Shown: positions 18,548 to 30,291, counted from the first letter of the stretch. The stretch: 45,334 bases of DNA from an uncultured Nitrospinaceae bacterium (GCA_964005815.1 CAXFSR010000025.1:1-45334), one strand, 5' to 3'. Numbers and translations are program-made. The notes: generated from the letters alone by a model not told the origin.

Positions 18548-19999
18548 TTAGGAAAGTGGGGCAGGTAATTCGGATTTTCCCATTAAAAATCTATCAACAG
18601 CTTGTGCACAGGAACGACCTTCTGCTATTGCCCAAACTATTAAAGATTGACCTCTTTGCATATCTCCGGCGGTAAAAACTCCTGGGATGTTGGTCATCCA
18701 GTTTTGATCTCTTTTTACGTTTGTACGCTCGTTAACATCTATATTTAATTCTTTTAGAAGTCCGTTTTGTTCTGGTCCTAGGAATCCCATAGCTAACAAG
18801 ACAAGATCTGCTTTTAATTCAAAATTGCTTCCTTCTACTTCATTAAAATTCATTCGTCCGTTTTCGTCAATTTTACTTTCCACATTCACTATCTGAAGTT
18901 TCTCAACTTTTCCATCTGTTCCTTCAAAACATTTAGTGGAAACTGAATAAAGACGTTCGCCACCTTCTTCATGTGCCGAAGATACTCTAAAAATATTTGG
19001 ATATAAAGGCCAAGGGTTCTTTGCAGAATCTCTTTCTAATGGTGGTTTTGGAAGAATTTCGAGTTGGTGAATCTCTTTTGCCCCTTGTCTAATTGATGTG
19101 CCAAGACAATCTGCTCCCGTATCGCCTCCTCCTATTATTATAACATTTTTATCTTTAGCTGAGATAACGTCTTGTTGAGGGATTGAATCTCCTTCACATA
19201 TGCGATTTTGCAAAGGAAGAAATTCCATTGCAAAATAAATGCCATTTAGTTCTCTTCCGGGAATAGGGAGGTCTCTTGGTTGCTTTGCGCCACCAGCAAG
19301 TACCATTGCGTCAAATTCTTCTTTAATTGAACCAGCAGAGATGTTTCCACCAATTTCGCATCCGGTCTTGAAAATTATTCCTTCTTCTTGCATTATTTCT
19401 ATTCTTCTATCTAAAAATTTTTTTTCCATTTTAAATTCAGGAATACCGTAACGAAGAAGTCCTCCCAAACGGTCATCTCTCTCAAAAACAGTAATTGTGT
19501 GTCCTGCCCGATTTAGTTGTTGAGCTGCAGCTAGTCCAGCAGGGCCAGAACCGACTATAGCAACGTATTTGTCAGTTCTTGAAGCGGGAGGAGTAGCTCT
19601 TACCCATCCTTCCTCAAAAGCTTTGTCTATAATCGATACTTCAATTTGTTTGATTGTCACAGGATCTTTGTTAATTCCTAATACGCAGGCTCCCTCGCAA
19701 GGAGCAGGACAGAGTCTTCCTGTAAACTCGGGAAAATTGTTAGTCGCATGTAAACGATCCGATGCTTCTTCCCATCGATTTCTAAAAACTAAATCATTCC
19801 AGTCAGGAATGAAATTTCCAAGAGGACAATCGCTATGACAGAAAGGGATACCGCAATTCATGCAGCGTGCGCCCTGAATCTGCAATTTCTCTTCAGGAAA
19901 AGGAAGATATACCTCATTCCAATCCTGTTTTCTCTCTTCAATAGGACGTCCTTCAGCTTTTTCTCTGTTATATTCGAAAAAACCGGTTGCTTTACCCAT
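18548..19999 (-). CDS. gltD: Glutamate synthase small subunit
   Basis: [56 protein letters not shown]. Confidence 0.96.
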   Translation of the reverse strand: MGKATGFFEYNREKAEGRPIEERKQDWNEVYLPFPEEKLQIQGARCMNCGIPFCHSDCPLGNFIPDWNDLVFRNRWEEASDRLHATNNFPEFTGRLCPAPCEGACVLGINKDPVTIKQIEVSIIDKAFEEGWVRATPPASRTDKYVAIVGSGPAGLAAAQQLNRAGHTITVFERDDRLGGLLRYGIPEFKMEKKFLDRRIEIMQEEGIIFKTGCEIGGNISAGSIKEEFDAMVLAGGAKQPRDLPIPGRELNGIYFAMEFLPLQNRICEGDSIPQQDVISAKDKNVIIIGGGDTGADCLGTSIRQGAKEIHQLEILPKPPLERDSAKNPWPLYPNIFRVSSAHEEGGERLYSVSTKCFEGTDGKVEKLQIVNVESKIDENGRMNFNEVEGSNFELKADLVLLAMGFLGPEQNGLLKELNIDVNERTNVKRDQNWMTNIPGVFTAGDMQRGQSLIVWAIAEGRSCAQAVDRFLMGKSELPAPLS

Positions 20000-22900
20000 G
20001 TGCACCCTCCATAACTGCTTCTTCCCAAGGAATTCCTTTTTCTTTTGCTATTTCTTTTGCCATCATAGCTCTCTTATAATCTGTTGGCATTACTTTGATA
20101 AATTTTGGAAGAAAATCTTCCCAATTTTCAACTATATTTTCAGCAAGTGTACTTTTTGTGTAATTCATGTGATTTCTTATAAGGCTTCTTACTTCTTCAA
20201 TATCGTCGGGAATAATAAGTTTTTCGAGTTCAACCATTTCCTTATTACATTTCAATTCAAAATTCCCTTCAAGGTCAAGTACATATGCAATTCCGCCAGA
20301 CATTCCTGCTGCGAAATTCCTGCCTGTTTGACCTAAAACAACTACACGACCCCCCGTCATATATTCACAGCAATGGTCTCCGACTCCTTCAACGACGGCT
20401 TCAGCTCCACTATTTCGAACACAAAATCTCTCGCCTGCAAGACCCCTAAAGTAAGCTTCTCCAGAAGTTGCACCGTACAGGGCTACATTTCCGATTAGTA
20501 TATTTTCTTCAGCAACAAAAGTTGAATCATTTGGTGGATAAACCATAATTTTACCACCCGATAGTCCTTTTGCCATATAATCGTTAGCATCGCCTTCGAG
20601 TTCGAAAGTCATCCCTTTAGGTATGAAAGCTCCGAAACTTTGTCCTGCAGAACCTTTGAAATGAATATGAATCGTATCTTCTGGTAAACCTTTTCCGCCC
20701 CATTTTTTTGTAAGTTCCGAACCGGTTATAGTTCCCACAGTTCTATTAACATTTCTAATAGGGAGTTCAAATTTTATAGAATTGCCCGTATTAATACTTT
20801 CTAAACAGCGAGGAAGAATCTCTTGTAAATCAAGAGTCTCTTCTAATTTATGGTCTTGTCCACCGGTGTTTCTTTTAGGGAGTTCTTTAAATTTTTCATC
20901 TTGATAAAGGAGGGCTGAAAAATCTATTCCCCTAGCTTTCCAGTGGTCATTGGCACTTTGATGATCAATTTTATCGACCCGTCCAATCATTTCATCCATT
21001 GTACGAAAGCCAAGTTTTGCCATTAACTCACGTACTTCTTGAGCAATAAATTGGAAAAAATTAACAACATGTTCGGGTTTTCCCTCAAAGCATTTTCTTA
21101 GGTTTGGATCCTGAGTAGCAATACCGACTGGACAAGTATTTAGATGACATACTCTCATCATTACGCATCCCATTACTACGAGTGGTGCAGTTGCAAAACC
21201 AAATTCATCAGCGCCGAGAAGTGCGCCAATAACCACATCTCTTCCTGTTTTCATTTGTCCGTCAACTTGTACTACAATTCTGTCTCTAAGACGGTTCATA
21301 ACAAGAACTTGTTGGGTTTCAGCAAGTCCTAATTCCCATGGAGTTCCTGCGTGTTTGATACTAGTAATAGGAGATGCTCCAGTACCCCCGTCATGACCAG
21401 AAATAAGTACTACATCTGAGTGACCTTTAGAAACTCCTGCAGCTACAGTTCCTACTCCAACTTCTGAAACCAATTTTACATTTATCCTTGCATCTCTATT
21501 TGAGTTCTTTAAGTCATAAATTAATTGAGCAAGATCCTCAATTGAGTAAATGTCATGATGTGGAGGTGGGGATATTAATCCAACACCAGGAGTAGAGTAT
21601 CTAACCTTAGCAATCCATGGATAAACTTTGTGACCAGGAAGTTGTCCTCCTTCTCCGGGTTTGGCTCCTTGAGCCATTTTGATTTGAAGGTCATCCGCAT
21701 TTACTAAGTATTCACTTGTTACCCCAAATCTTCCTGAAGCAACTTGTTTCATTGCGCTTCTACGTAAATCTCCATTAGGATCTGGAGTGAAACGACTTGG
21801 ATCTTCCCCCCCTTCTCCAGTATTAGATTTTCCGCCAATTCTGTTCATGGCAATTGCTAATGTTTCATGTGCTTCACTGCTTATTGATCCGTAAGACATA
21901 GCACCAGTACTAAATCTTTGAAAAATCGATTCTACAGGTTCGACTTCATCTAATGGGACAGGCTTGTCAGCCCATTTCAAGTCAAATAATCCTCTAAGAG
22001 TCGCTAAATTAGTACTTTGTTCATCAACTAGCTCAGAGTATTCTTTAAAAATTTCATACTTGCCAGATGATGTTGCATGTTGGAGCTTGAAAATAGTTTG
22101 TGGATTGAACATGTGATACTCACCGTCTCTTCTCCACTGGAGAAGCCCACCAGAATCAAGATCAGGATTTGCAGAAGGTTGATTTGAAAAAGTTTTATGA
22201 TGTCTAACAAGAGTTTCTTCGGCAATTATTTTTAAATCGACTCCCTGTATTTGAGTGGCAGTCCAAGTAAAAAATTCATCCACAAATTCCTGATTTAATC
22301 CAACAGCTTCGAAAATTTGTGCTCCTGTATAGGACTGTATTGTAGAAATACCCATTTTAGATGTAACTTTTAGGATTCCCTTATTAAGAGCTTTAATGTA
22401 ATTTTCACATGCGATATCAAAATCATTTTCGGCAATAATATCTTTTTCCATAAGATCTTCTATGGTTTCCATAGCAAGATAAGGGTTGATCGCTTTTGCT
22501 CCATAACCTAAAAGGACACACATATGATGTACTTGCCTTGCTTCCCCAGTTTCGACAATGATATCAGTTCTTGTCCGGGTTCCCTTCCTAATAAGGTGGT
22601 GATGCAATCCAGAAGTAGCCAATAAAGCAGGAATAGGTGCCATCTTTTCCGAAACGTTTCTATCTGAAAGAATAATTAGATTTTTCCCTGATGCAATTGC
22701 TGTATCTGCATCTTTAAAGAGTTTGTCTAAAGATTTTCTAAGTCCTTTTTCCCCTTCATCAGGGTTGAATAGGATAGGTAGAGTAATTGATTGGAATTCT
22801 GGTAAATCTATATTTTTAAGCTTTGATAAATTTTTGTTTGTAAGAATCGGAGTGTCAAGTTTAATCTGACTGCAAGAATTAGTTGATGGTTTGAAAATAT

Positions 22901-24533
22901 TTTGTTGTGGTCCGACTGTTACACTAACTTGTGTTACTAATTCCTCTCTTATGCCATCAAGAGGAGGATTCGTAACTTGTGCAAATAGCTGTTTAAAGTA
23001 ATCATAAAGAAGTCTAGAATTGTTTGACAAAAGTGCAAGTGATGCATCGTTTCCCATTGAGCCAACAGGATCATTCTTTAGTTCAACCATAGGAGCTAAA
23101 AAGAATTCTAGGTCTTCTTTAGTATAGCCAAAAGTTCGCTGCCTATTTTGTAGTGATGATACTTCTTTTGTTTTTTCCTGAGAGCTTTGATTTAAATCAT
23201 TGATGTGTATTAAATTTTTGAGCCACTCATCATAGGGAAACTTTTCTGTATACGCTTTTTTTAACTCTTCATCATCAATAATTCTACCCTGTGAAGTGTC
23301 TACTAAAAAAATTCTGCCTGGTTGTAACCTATTTTTTATTAAAACGTCCTTAGAAGGTATATCTAAAACTCCTGCTTCAGACGCCATGATAACGAGGTCA
23401 TCTTTTGTTACGTAATAACGAGAAGGACGCAATCCGTTTCTATCTAAAACGGCACCTATAGATGTCCCGTCCGTGAAAGCAATACTAGCAGGACCGTCCC
23501 AAGGTTCCATTAGGCAAGCGTGATATTCATAGAAAGCTTTTCTATCTTCGCTCATAAGTTCATGGCCTGCCCAAGGTTCTGGTATCATCATCAAGACTGC
23601 ATGCGGTAATTCGTAGCCTCCCATGTAGAGAAATTCCAAGACATTGTCAAAGACGGCAGAATCACTTCCTCCTTCGGTTACCACTGGGAGTACTTTCTTT
23701 AAATCGGGTAGATACTCAGAGTCACATAGGGTTTGTCTAGCATGCATCCAATTTGTATTCCCTCTTACGGTGTTGATTTCACCGTTATGAGATAGGTATC
23801 TGTACGGATGAGCTAATTTCCAAGATGGAAAAGTATTAGTTGAAAAACGCGAATGTACTAACGCTATTGCAGACTCTATTTCTGAATCTTGTAAGTCTAA
23901 AAAGACAGATTCAACTTGTTCAGTGAGAAGCATTCCCTTGTAAATCATGGTTTTGCAAGAGAGACTAGGTATATAAAAATCTTCTCTAGTATCTATTTCA
24001 GAGTCGAAAATTTTGTGTTCTATACATTTTCTTATTACATATAAACGACGTTCAATATCCATCTGGGTATCTACGTTTTCAAAATTGCCAATAAATATTT
24101 GTTGTATTTTTGGAGCAGCACCCTTAGCAGTTTCCCCTACACTTGATAAATCTATAGGTACATCGCGCCACCCGAGTATCTTTGCGTTATTCTCTTCTAC
24201 AATTTGACTGAAAGCTGATTTGCATTGTTGCGCGTCTGATATTTCGTTTGGAAGAAAAACTAAACCAGTTCCATATTTGCCTTCTTCAGGTAAAGAAAAT
24301 TCCTCATCTTTTGTGATTTTATTGAGAAATTTATGAGGTATTTGAATGAGGATACCTGCCCCATCTCCAGTGTTATCCTCGCATCCACACGCACCTCTAT
24401 GGTCTAAGTTCTTGAGCGCGGTAAGTGCATTGTCGACAATCTTTTTAGATTTCTCTCCATGTAAATGGGCTACGAACGCAACGCCACAAGCATCATGTTC
24501 ATATGCAGGATTGTATAGTCCCTTTTTTTCCAT
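19992..24533 (-). CDS. gltB: Glutamate synthase large subunit
   Basis: EHDACGV (processed N-terminal Cys), [48 protein letters not shown] 24533 behind AAGGA. Confidence 0.97.
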   Translation of the reverse strand: MEKKGLYNPAYEHDACGVAFVAHLHGEKSKKIVDNALTALKNLDHRGACGCEDNTGDGAGILIQIPHKFLNKITKDEEFSLPEEGKYGTGLVFLPNEISDAQQCKSAFSQIVEENNAKILGWRDVPIDLSSVGETAKGAAPKIQQIFIGNFENVDTQMDIERRLYVIRKCIEHKIFDSEIDTREDFYIPSLSCKTMIYKGMLLTEQVESVFLDLQDSEIESAIALVHSRFSTNTFPSWKLAHPYRYLSHNGEINTVRGNTNWMHARQTLCDSEYLPDLKKVLPVVTEGGSDSAVFDNVLEFLYMGGYELPHAVLMMIPEPWAGHELMSEDRKAFYEYHACLMEPWDGPASIAFTDGTSIGAVLDRNGLRPSRYYVTKDDLVIMASEAGVLDIPSKDVLIKNRLQPGRIFLVDTSQGRIIDDEELKKAYTEKFPYDEWLKNLIHINDLNQSSQEKTKEVSSLQNRQRTFGYTKEDLEFFLAPMVELKNDPVGSMGNDASLALLSNNSRLLYDYFKQLFAQVTNPPLDGIREELVTQVSVTVGPQQNIFKPSTNSCSQIKLDTPILTNKNLSKLKNIDLPEFQSITLPILFNPDEGEKGLRKSLDKLFKDADTAIASGKNLIILSDRNVSEKMAPIPALLATSGLHHHLIRKGTRTRTDIIVETGEARQVHHMCVLLGYGAKAINPYLAMETIEDLMEKDIIAENDFDIACENYIKALNKGILKVTSKMGISTIQSYTGAQIFEAVGLNQEFVDEFFTWTATQIQGVDLKIIAEETLVRHHKTFSNQPSANPDLDSGGLLQWRRDGEYHMFNPQTIFKLQHATSSGKYEIFKEYSELVDEQSTNLATLRGLFDLKWADKPVPLDEVEPVESIFQRFSTGAMSYGSISSEAHETLAIAMNRIGGKSNTGEGGEDPSRFTPDPNGDLRRSAMKQVASGRFGVTSEYLVNADDLQIKMAQGAKPGEGGQLPGHKVYPWIAKVRYSTPGVGLISPPPHHDIYSIEDLAQLIYDLKNSNRDARINVKLVSEVGVGTVAAGVSKGHSDVVLISGHDGGTGASPITSIKHAGTPWELGLAETQQVLVMNRLRDRIVVQVDGQMKTGRDVVIGALLGADEFGFATAPLVVMGCVMMRVCHLNTCPVGIATQDPNLRKCFEGKPEHVVNFFQFIAQEVRELMAKLGFRTMDEMIGRVDKIDHQSANDHWKARGIDFSALLYQDEKFKELPKRNTGGQDHKLEETLDLQEILPRCLESINTGNSIKFELPIRNVNRTVGTITGSELTKKWGGKGLPEDTIHIHFKGSAGQSFGAFIPKGMTFELEGDANDYMAKGLSGGKIMVYPPNDSTFVAEENILIGNVALYGATSGEAYFRGLAGERFCVRNSGAEAVVEGVGDHCCEYMTGGRVVVLGQTGRNFAAGMSGGIAYVLDLEGNFELKCNKEMVELEKLIIPDDIEEVRSLIRNHMNYTKSTLAENIVENWEDFLPKFIKVMPTDYKRAMMAKEIAKEKGIPWEEAVMEGAHG

Positions 24534-24663
24534 CAAAAGATCCTTCATTCTTAGCGTTAAAACCTGTAAAACGCGTTTCTAACAGCGAATTCACCAGTTA
24601 ACTATTGTTAGATATACGAGAAATTAAATTTTTTTACGTAATATCGGGTACGCCGAGTGGCGA

Positions 24664-24693
24664 ATTATACACTTTTAGAAAAGTACAAGGCAA
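24664..24693 (-). promoter_or_regulatory. Putative sigma70 promoter of gltBD
   Basis: TTGCCT-18 bp-TATAAT on the minus strand, about 130 bp upstream of gltB. Confidence 0.6.
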
Positions 24694-24727
24694 GTTAGTT
24701 AGAAGAAGATAGAAAAAAACGATTATC

Positions 24728-25903
24728 TTATGAAAGTTTCTCGGAAATCCAATCTGCCATATATGGAACGACTGGGGCCAGATAATCCATATGGCAGTGT
24801 TGAGAACCGCCATTATCTCCGTTGAAAATTTTTAAAGTTTTATCTTTTGACCCTGATGCAGCATACAGTTTCTTTGCATCACTTAGCGGGATTTGTTGAT
24901 CATCTTCTCCGTGAACAATCAAAAAAGGGCACTTCATTTTTTGTACAACGCCATCAAGTTTGAAATCTTTTAATTTATCTAACCCTTGTTCCGCTGTTTT
25001 TACATTGAAACTCCATGCTAAATGATTACCAGGTGAGGGGAGTTGTATCTTAAAAGCAGCATCAATTCTCTTTTTCCATATCCGATGGTAATCCCAAATA
25101 GCACCCCAAGCCACACATGCTTTAATTCTTTTTTCCATAGAAGCCGAGCGCGGGGAGTAATAACCCCCTAAACTAGATGCCATTATTCCTACTTTTTTTG
25201 CATTCACGTCTTTTCTTTTTTCTAGCCAATCGATGATGGCGGTAGCTGCTACTTCATAATCATATCTGAGGAAATTTTTTCTAAATCGAATTGATTCACC
25301 GACTCCTGGTGTGTCTGGTACAACAACACTCATACCCCTTCTCGCCAGAGCTAGTCCTCCAAGAACAAATGACGTTTCCTTAGTTCCATCAAAACCAGTA
25401 TAAGAAAGAACCACAGGAGGTTTTTCTTTGCGAGTATTCTGCGCATGAATAAAATAAGCAGGCAAAGTTTTTTTACCTTCGAAAGGTATTTCTACGCATT
25501 CAATTTTTGGAAAGTCCGTAAGCTGAGTGTATTGTTTAAAACAATCGATAGATTTTTTATACGTTATGTTTGAAATTTTATTTTTCGGGAAGGCGAATCT
25601 ATCCGCCATTTGGAAGTAATGACATGCTCTATTAAAATGAGAAGAAGCTGAAAGAAAATGTTTTTTCCTTTTTTCATTCATTGCAAGTTTTCTTATTTTT
25701 TCTCCCATTTTTGTCCATTCTCTTGTCCAGGATTTATCACTTCCTTTAGAATTTTCTATTTTTCTGCATACTTCAAATATTTCTGATGGATCAGAAGCCC
25801 CAACGGTGGTCCTCATAAGAGCAATAGATGTAATGAAAGACCAACGATAATTATCAGAGAAGTAGGTAAACCAATCTCTTTTTCTTGTGGCCTTAATTAC
25901 CAT
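24728..25903 (-). CDS. Alpha/beta hydrolase, 2,6-dihydroxy-pseudo-oxynicotine hydrolase/FrsA-like family
   Basis: RACHYFQMA, GFDGTKE, DTPGVGES, ASSLGGYYSPR, HGEDDQQI, QHCH. Confidence 0.82.
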   Translation of the reverse strand: MVIKATRKRDWFTYFSDNYRWSFITSIALMRTTVGASDPSEIFEVCRKIENSKGSDKSWTREWTKMGEKIRKLAMNEKRKKHFLSASSHFNRACHYFQMADRFAFPKNKISNITYKKSIDCFKQYTQLTDFPKIECVEIPFEGKKTLPAYFIHAQNTRKEKPPVVLSYTGFDGTKETSFVLGGLALARRGMSVVVPDTPGVGESIRFRKNFLRYDYEVAATAIIDWLEKRKDVNAKKVGIMASSLGGYYSPRSASMEKRIKACVAWGAIWDYHRIWKKRIDAAFKIQLPSPGNHLAWSFNVKTAEQGLDKLKDFKLDGVVQKMKCPFLIVHGEDDQQIPLSDAKKLYAASGSKDKTLKIFNGDNGGSQHCHMDYLAPVVPYMADWISEKLS

Positions 25904-25932
25904 AAAAATCTCCTGAAATCTATAAGTTTAAA

Positions 25933-26433
25933 TTATCTAACAATTTTCCATTGTCCATCAGGTTGCCTGCAAGCTTTTCCATACGCATTTTCTTTCATTC
26001 CTCCAACAATTATGGTTTGCTGGAATTCCCTGCAATATTTGTACCTCTTTCTTAACCGTGTAATTCTTGGCTTATAAGCCCTCTTAGGAACGATAATACC
26101 GCTATTCCCAGAATCAGGATTCTTCCAACTGTTTGTAGAACCAGATTTCCCGTACTCTAACGCGGATTGTGTAGTTTTTCCTAATAAGAGGCGGTCTCTT
26201 TCGTCAAGTTGTTTTCCTATTTCTCCTCCTATCATGGCACCAACAATAGCACCGCCTATCGTTGCGATCATTCTACCTCTTCCTTTTCCAACTCTAGAGC
26301 CTAAGACTCCACCTGCAATACCTCCAAGTACCTTACCAGTATCCTCTTTGGTATATCCTCCATGACGAGGAGTACAACTTGTCAAAGTAAAGCTTGCAAA
26401 AAGGGCTACAAACAAGAGAGAAAAGATCTTCAT
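25933..26433 (-). CDS. Glycine-zipper lipoprotein, 17-kDa surface antigen (RT0821/Lpp0805) family
   Basis: Lipobox LTSC, GGIAGGVLGSRVGKGRG, LDERDR, WKNPDSGNSG, YCREFQQT, YGKACRQPDGQW. Confidence 0.9.
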   Translation of the reverse strand: MKIFSLLFVALFASFTLTSCTPRHGGYTKEDTGKVLGGIAGGVLGSRVGKGRGRMIATIGGAIVGAMIGGEIGKQLDERDRLLLGKTTQSALEYGKSGSTNSWKNPDSGNSGIIVPKRAYKPRITRLRKRYKYCREFQQTIIVGGMKENAYGKACRQPDGQWKIVR

Positions 26434-26512
26434 TTATATTCTCCTAATTGAACGACAAACAGAAAATTCTAAATTGTCACTATTCAACAAGATTTGAACT
26501 GAAATTGCAAAT

Positions 26513-26550
26513 AAAAAAAAGAAGACCTCGCAAATGAGGCCTTCTTTTTT
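26513..26550. terminator. Bidirectional intrinsic terminator
   Basis: A8-GAAGACCTC-gcaaat-GAGGCCTTC-T6. Confidence 0.75.
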
Positions 26551-26568
26551 AAGCTAACTTTTAGGTTC

Positions 26569-26709
26569 TTATTTTTTTCCGTGTGCTTTTCTTATTTTCT
26601 CTAAAGCCTGTTTATTTTTTTCAATCGCTTGCTCCAATGGAGTCATACATCCAGCGAGAGAAAGTCCAAGAAACAGGGAAACAACCAATACTGAGAGTAC
26701 TTTTTTCAT
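26569..26709 (-). CDS. Small lipoprotein, 46 aa (MKKVLSVLVVSLFLGLSLAGCMTPLEQAIEKNKQALEKIRKAHGKK); not in the ORF track
   Basis: Manual translation. AGGAG RBS, classic signal peptide II with lipobox LAGC, terminator immediately downstream. Confidence 0.8.
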   Translation of the reverse strand: MKKVLSVLVVSLFLGLSLAGCMTPLEQAIEKNKQALEKIRKAHGKK

Positions 26710-26784
26710 TTTAAAATCTCCTATCAAAATTCATAGCATAAACTCTTTCAAGTATCCCTAAAATGGGTACGGGCTAACTAAAAA

Positions 26785-28077
26785 CTATATGTCATACCCT
26801 CTCTCATTATGCATTGTTGTGTCAAGTCCTTCATCTTCTTCGTCCCCAGAAACTCTGAGTCCACAAATACCGTCCACTACTTTTAGTATGATGAATGAAA
26901 GAACCCCGGCGTAAATTAAAGTTGCAACAACACTTATGAATTGAATATAAAGTTGTCCGCCCATTGTTACATCTTTCCCTAAGCCAGCTCCACCTAAATT
27001 TGAAGCAACAAAAACACCAGTCAAAAGCGCACCTACTATTCCACCCACTCCGTGTACAGTGAAGACATCTAAAGAATCATCTATTTTTAAAACCTCTTTC
27101 ATAATGTGGGTTGCATAATAGCAGAGAAATCCAGCGGCAATACCAAGTGCCAATCCACCCATTGGACCCACAGAACCTGAAGCAGGGGTGATACATACAA
27201 GGCCAGCAACTGCACCAGTTACAATTCCAAGGACACTTGCTTTCCCGTATTTCATCCATTCACAAGTCATCCAAGCCAAAGCGGCAGCAGCAGCGGAAAT
27301 ATGTGTGACCAGCATTGCCATTCCAGCATCTGTTCCAGCTGAAACTGCGCTACCCGCGTTAAATCCAAACCAACCTACCCATAGCATAGAAGCACCTGTT
27401 ACGGTCATAGTAAGGTTATGAGGTGTCATTGGTTGTTCTGGAAATCCTCTGCGTTTCCCTATAATAAGTGCAGCGACAAGTGCACTTATCCCTGAGTTGA
27501 TATGGACTACAGTTCCACCAGCAAAATCTAAAGCTCCCATTTTGAAGAGCCATCCATTTTCATTCCATACCCAATGACAGACAGGAGCATATACAATTGT
27601 AAACCAAAGTGCACTGAAGAGGAGCATTGCAGAAAATTTCATTCTTTCTGCAAACGCACCCACTATAAGAGCCGGTGTAATAATAGCAAAGGTTAACTGG
27701 AACATAACAAAAACGGTTTCAGGTAATGTTCCATTTAATGAATCTCTTGTGACTCCTGATAAGAATGCTTTGTCAAGATTCCCTACAAAGTTGCCACCTC
27801 CTGAAAACGCAAGGCTGTAACCATAGATTATCCAAAGAACAGTTACTAGACATGCAATTGCAAAGCACTGCATAAGTACGGATAAAATGTTTTTTGAACG
27901 AACCAATCCGCCGTAAAACAATGCTAATCCAGGGATGGTCATAAATAATACTAGGCAAGTAGAAGTTAGAATCCAGGCGGTATCTCCTGAATCTAGTTTG
28001 TCCGCCGCAAAAACATTCGATTCGAACAATAAGGTTGATATTAAAACTGTTGCTCCATAAAAAACAGCATTTACCAT
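26785..28077 (-). CDS. amtB: Ammonium transporter (Amt family)
   Basis: SGDTAW, PGLALFYGG, FQLTFA, DFAGGTVVH, WFGFNAGS, DDSLDVFTVHG (twin His). AAGGAGG RBS. Confidence 0.95.
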   Translation of the reverse strand: MVNAVFYGATVLISTLLFESNVFAADKLDSGDTAWILTSTCLVLFMTIPGLALFYGGLVRSKNILSVLMQCFAIACLVTVLWIIYGYSLAFSGGGNFVGNLDKAFLSGVTRDSLNGTLPETVFVMFQLTFAIITPALIVGAFAERMKFSAMLLFSALWFTIVYAPVCHWVWNENGWLFKMGALDFAGGTVVHINSGISALVAALIIGKRRGFPEQPMTPHNLTMTVTGASMLWVGWFGFNAGSAVSAGTDAGMAMLVTHISAAAAALAWMTCEWMKYGKASVLGIVTGAVAGLVCITPASGSVGPMGGLALGIAAGFLCYYATHIMKEVLKIDDSLDVFTVHGVGGIVGALLTGVFVASNLGGAGLGKDVTMGGQLYIQFISVVATLIYAGVLSFIILKVVDGICGLRVSGDEEDEGLDTTMHNERGYDI

Positions 28078-28297
28078 GTTTACTTCCTCCTTGGTATACT
28101 AGAATTTTTTTCGCTTTTCGTCCGAGACTCTGTGAAGAAAAACGATGGATTCAATATTCAATTTTATTGCGGGTGAAATATAAAAATTGGAATAATGAAC
28201 CATACTCAAAAAGATATGGTTTAAATATATTATGTGTTTATTTCGGCAATGTTACAGTTTTTTTGACGTTATGTTTCGATTTTTATCAAAAGGAGTT

Positions 28298-29497
28298 TCA
28301 ATTTTTTATTTTTAACCTATAAAGCACTTTTTTTGGTGAGAAACTTACAATTTTTAGAAAATCAGGCATTATGACATCTCGTGATGATATTTTATAAGAA
28401 TTTTCTCCCGGTTCAGAATTCTTTAAATTCAACCTGATCATTAATTTTTCTTCATCTAAAAAATTCAGAATATTTTTTCTTCCGCTTACTTGTAGTTCAA
28501 TGACTTTGAAATTATCTAATTCTAATTCAAGGTTTTTAGGGATATTATAAAAAGAAATAGGAACCTTATATCTAGCAGTTTCGCTTTCAGAAAAATTTGA
28601 AAGTATTTTTGAAGGAGTCACTTTTTCATCTATCCCAAAATTAGAAAGAAGGATTAAACATGCGAGTATGAAAAATTTTGATTTCCAATTGTTTGTTAAA
28701 TTATTTAACGTAAATTGGTTTTTAAAATCTATTGAGTTTTCATTTGATTTTGTTCTTAACATTATCCATTCCGTGAGTTGTTCTTTGGTATCTATTTTAG
28801 TGATTTCTCCATTTTCTATTACTGCTATTTCTCTGCGTTCTTCTGAAACTATAATAGCTAGTGCATCTGAACTCTCTGTTATTCCCAGGGCAGCTCTATG
28901 ACGTGTTCCATAGGAAGCAGGAATATCTTGCCTTTCAGATAAGGGTAAGATACATCCAACTCTAAGAATCTTTCCATTTTGTATATGAATAGCTCCATCA
29001 TGATATGGAGACGTGGAATTGAAGATTGATTCCATGAGTGCAGTTCTGATTTCTGCATCAATTTTTTCTCCGGGACTACGAAAAATGGAATCTAAATCTT
29101 CTTTTCTTTCAATAATAACAATTGCCCCGAGACCTTTTTCAAGGAGTTGAAAAGTTGAATCCCCAAGAATAGAAAGTGTATTGTTTGTCGGCGTAAATTT
29201 AAAAACTTTTCTGATCATTGCAATAATTCGTACTAGTGGATTAATTTCTGAGGATATTTTACGAATGTCATTTTGGAATGAGATTAGAAAAAGTATAAGA
29301 AAAGTAATACAAACTATCCAAAGGAGAAAAGAAGTTAGATGCAAACCAAAGTGTTTGGATATGAAATAACATATCCAAATAGAGACTATTCGTATCAATA
29401 ATTGCATGGCATGTGAATTATTGAATCTTTTGTATACCTGATAAATCAGATACCACATTATCAAAATATCTATGAGATAATTAAGATTATTCCACAT
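28298..29497 (-). CDS. cdaA: Membrane diadenylate cyclase (CdaA-type DAC) fused to a C-terminal TM helix and YbbR/CdaR-like domain
   Basis: Three N-terminal hydrophobic segments, FQNDIR, GAIVIIE, HDGA and GTRHRAALG catalytic motifs, IVSEE. Then NWKSKFFILACLI TM and VPISFYNIPKNL...VSG YbbR-like pattern. Confidence 0.88.
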   Translation of the reverse strand: MWNNLNYLIDILIMWYLIYQVYKRFNNSHAMQLLIRIVSIWICYFISKHFGLHLTSFLLWIVCITFLILFLISFQNDIRKISSEINPLVRIIAMIRKVFKFTPTNNTLSILGDSTFQLLEKGLGAIVIIERKEDLDSIFRSPGEKIDAEIRTALMESIFNSTSPYHDGAIHIQNGKILRVGCILPLSERQDIPASYGTRHRAALGITESSDALAIIVSEERREIAVIENGEITKIDTKEQLTEWIMLRTKSNENSIDFKNQFTLNNLTNNWKSKFFILACLILLSNFGIDEKVTPSKILSNFSESETARYKVPISFYNIPKNLELELDNFKVIELQVSGRKNILNFLDEEKLMIRLNLKNSEPGENSYKISSRDVIMPDFLKIVSFSPKKVLYRLKIKN

Positions 29498-29527
29498 GTA
29501 GAGTTCCTATACTTTAATGTAAATTGT

Positions 29528-30289
29528 CTACTTTCTAAAAAAATCTTCATCTTTTGAACGATAAAGTTCAGAAGATGAGATATTGTTTTTTCTGTAATTT
29601 AATCCCCTTATAATTACAGCAGGGATGCTTTCTCCTGCCTGTCCCATTGCCATGCTTGCCGCGGCTGCAATTTCATCTGCTTGCGCTAAAATAGTGATAA
29701 GTAAAGGTTTTCCAGAACGGTCTTTTTCTCCTCTCAGGTCAGATAAAGATTCTAACCCAGATGAGCCAATTGAAACTCCGACTACACCACGACGAAATGC
29801 GCGGCCTTGAGTATCCACGACAATAACTGCTATTTCTACTTGTTCTTTTTTTGAAACTTCTTCTCTAATCTTTCTTGCTGATAAATCTGCATCTTTGGGT
29901 AAAAGTAAAATCGTATCTTCTTCACCAGGAAGATTTGACCTGTCGATTCCTGCATGAGCACATACCATACCAGTTCGATGTTCAACAATTAAAGCTTTTT
30001 CTGTGGCAATTATTATTTCGTTTGATTCTCTTATAACTGCTTCAACTAATCTTGGATCTCTACCATCTCTTTGTGCAATTTTTATGGCATCTTCTGTGGG
30101 AACAATTTCTTTAAGATTTGCATATTGATTTTCTGATTTGCTAACTATTTTTTGAGCGATACACAAGATGTCGTTTTTTATGTAAGAAACTCCGAGCTTT
30201 TCCATCTGATTAGAAATTTTTTCGAAGATACTATCGTTCGGGTGTATTTCTGGAATTCCCGTTATTGGAATTATTTCTATACTATTCAT
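29528..30289 (-). CDS. cofE: Coenzyme F420-0:L-glutamate ligase
   Basis: GIPEIHPND, AQKIVSKSE, VCAHAGIDRSN, LLPKDADLSA, DTQGRAFRRG, ADEIAAAA. Confidence 0.93.
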   Translation of the reverse strand: MNSIEIIPITGIPEIHPNDSIFEKISNQMEKLGVSYIKNDILCIAQKIVSKSENQYANLKEIVPTEDAIKIAQRDGRDPRLVEAVIRESNEIIIATEKALIVEHRTGMVCAHAGIDRSNLPGEEDTILLLPKDADLSARKIREEVSKKEQVEIAVIVVDTQGRAFRRGVVGVSIGSSGLESLSDLRGEKDRSGKPLLITILAQADEIAAAASMAMGQAGESIPAVIIRGLNYRKNNISSSELYRSKDEDFFRK

Positions 30290-30291
30290 AA

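Noticed and set aside
28248..28270. GlnR/TnrA-like box upstream of amt (TGTTAC...TGAC)
   Set aside because: Half-site spacing does not fit TGTNA-N7-TNACA, so it is too weak to support.
28035..28322. 95-aa plus-strand ORF spanning the amt-cdaA spacer
   Set aside because: It overlaps both flanking genes on the opposite strand, has no convincing RBS or motif, and is not PII-like.
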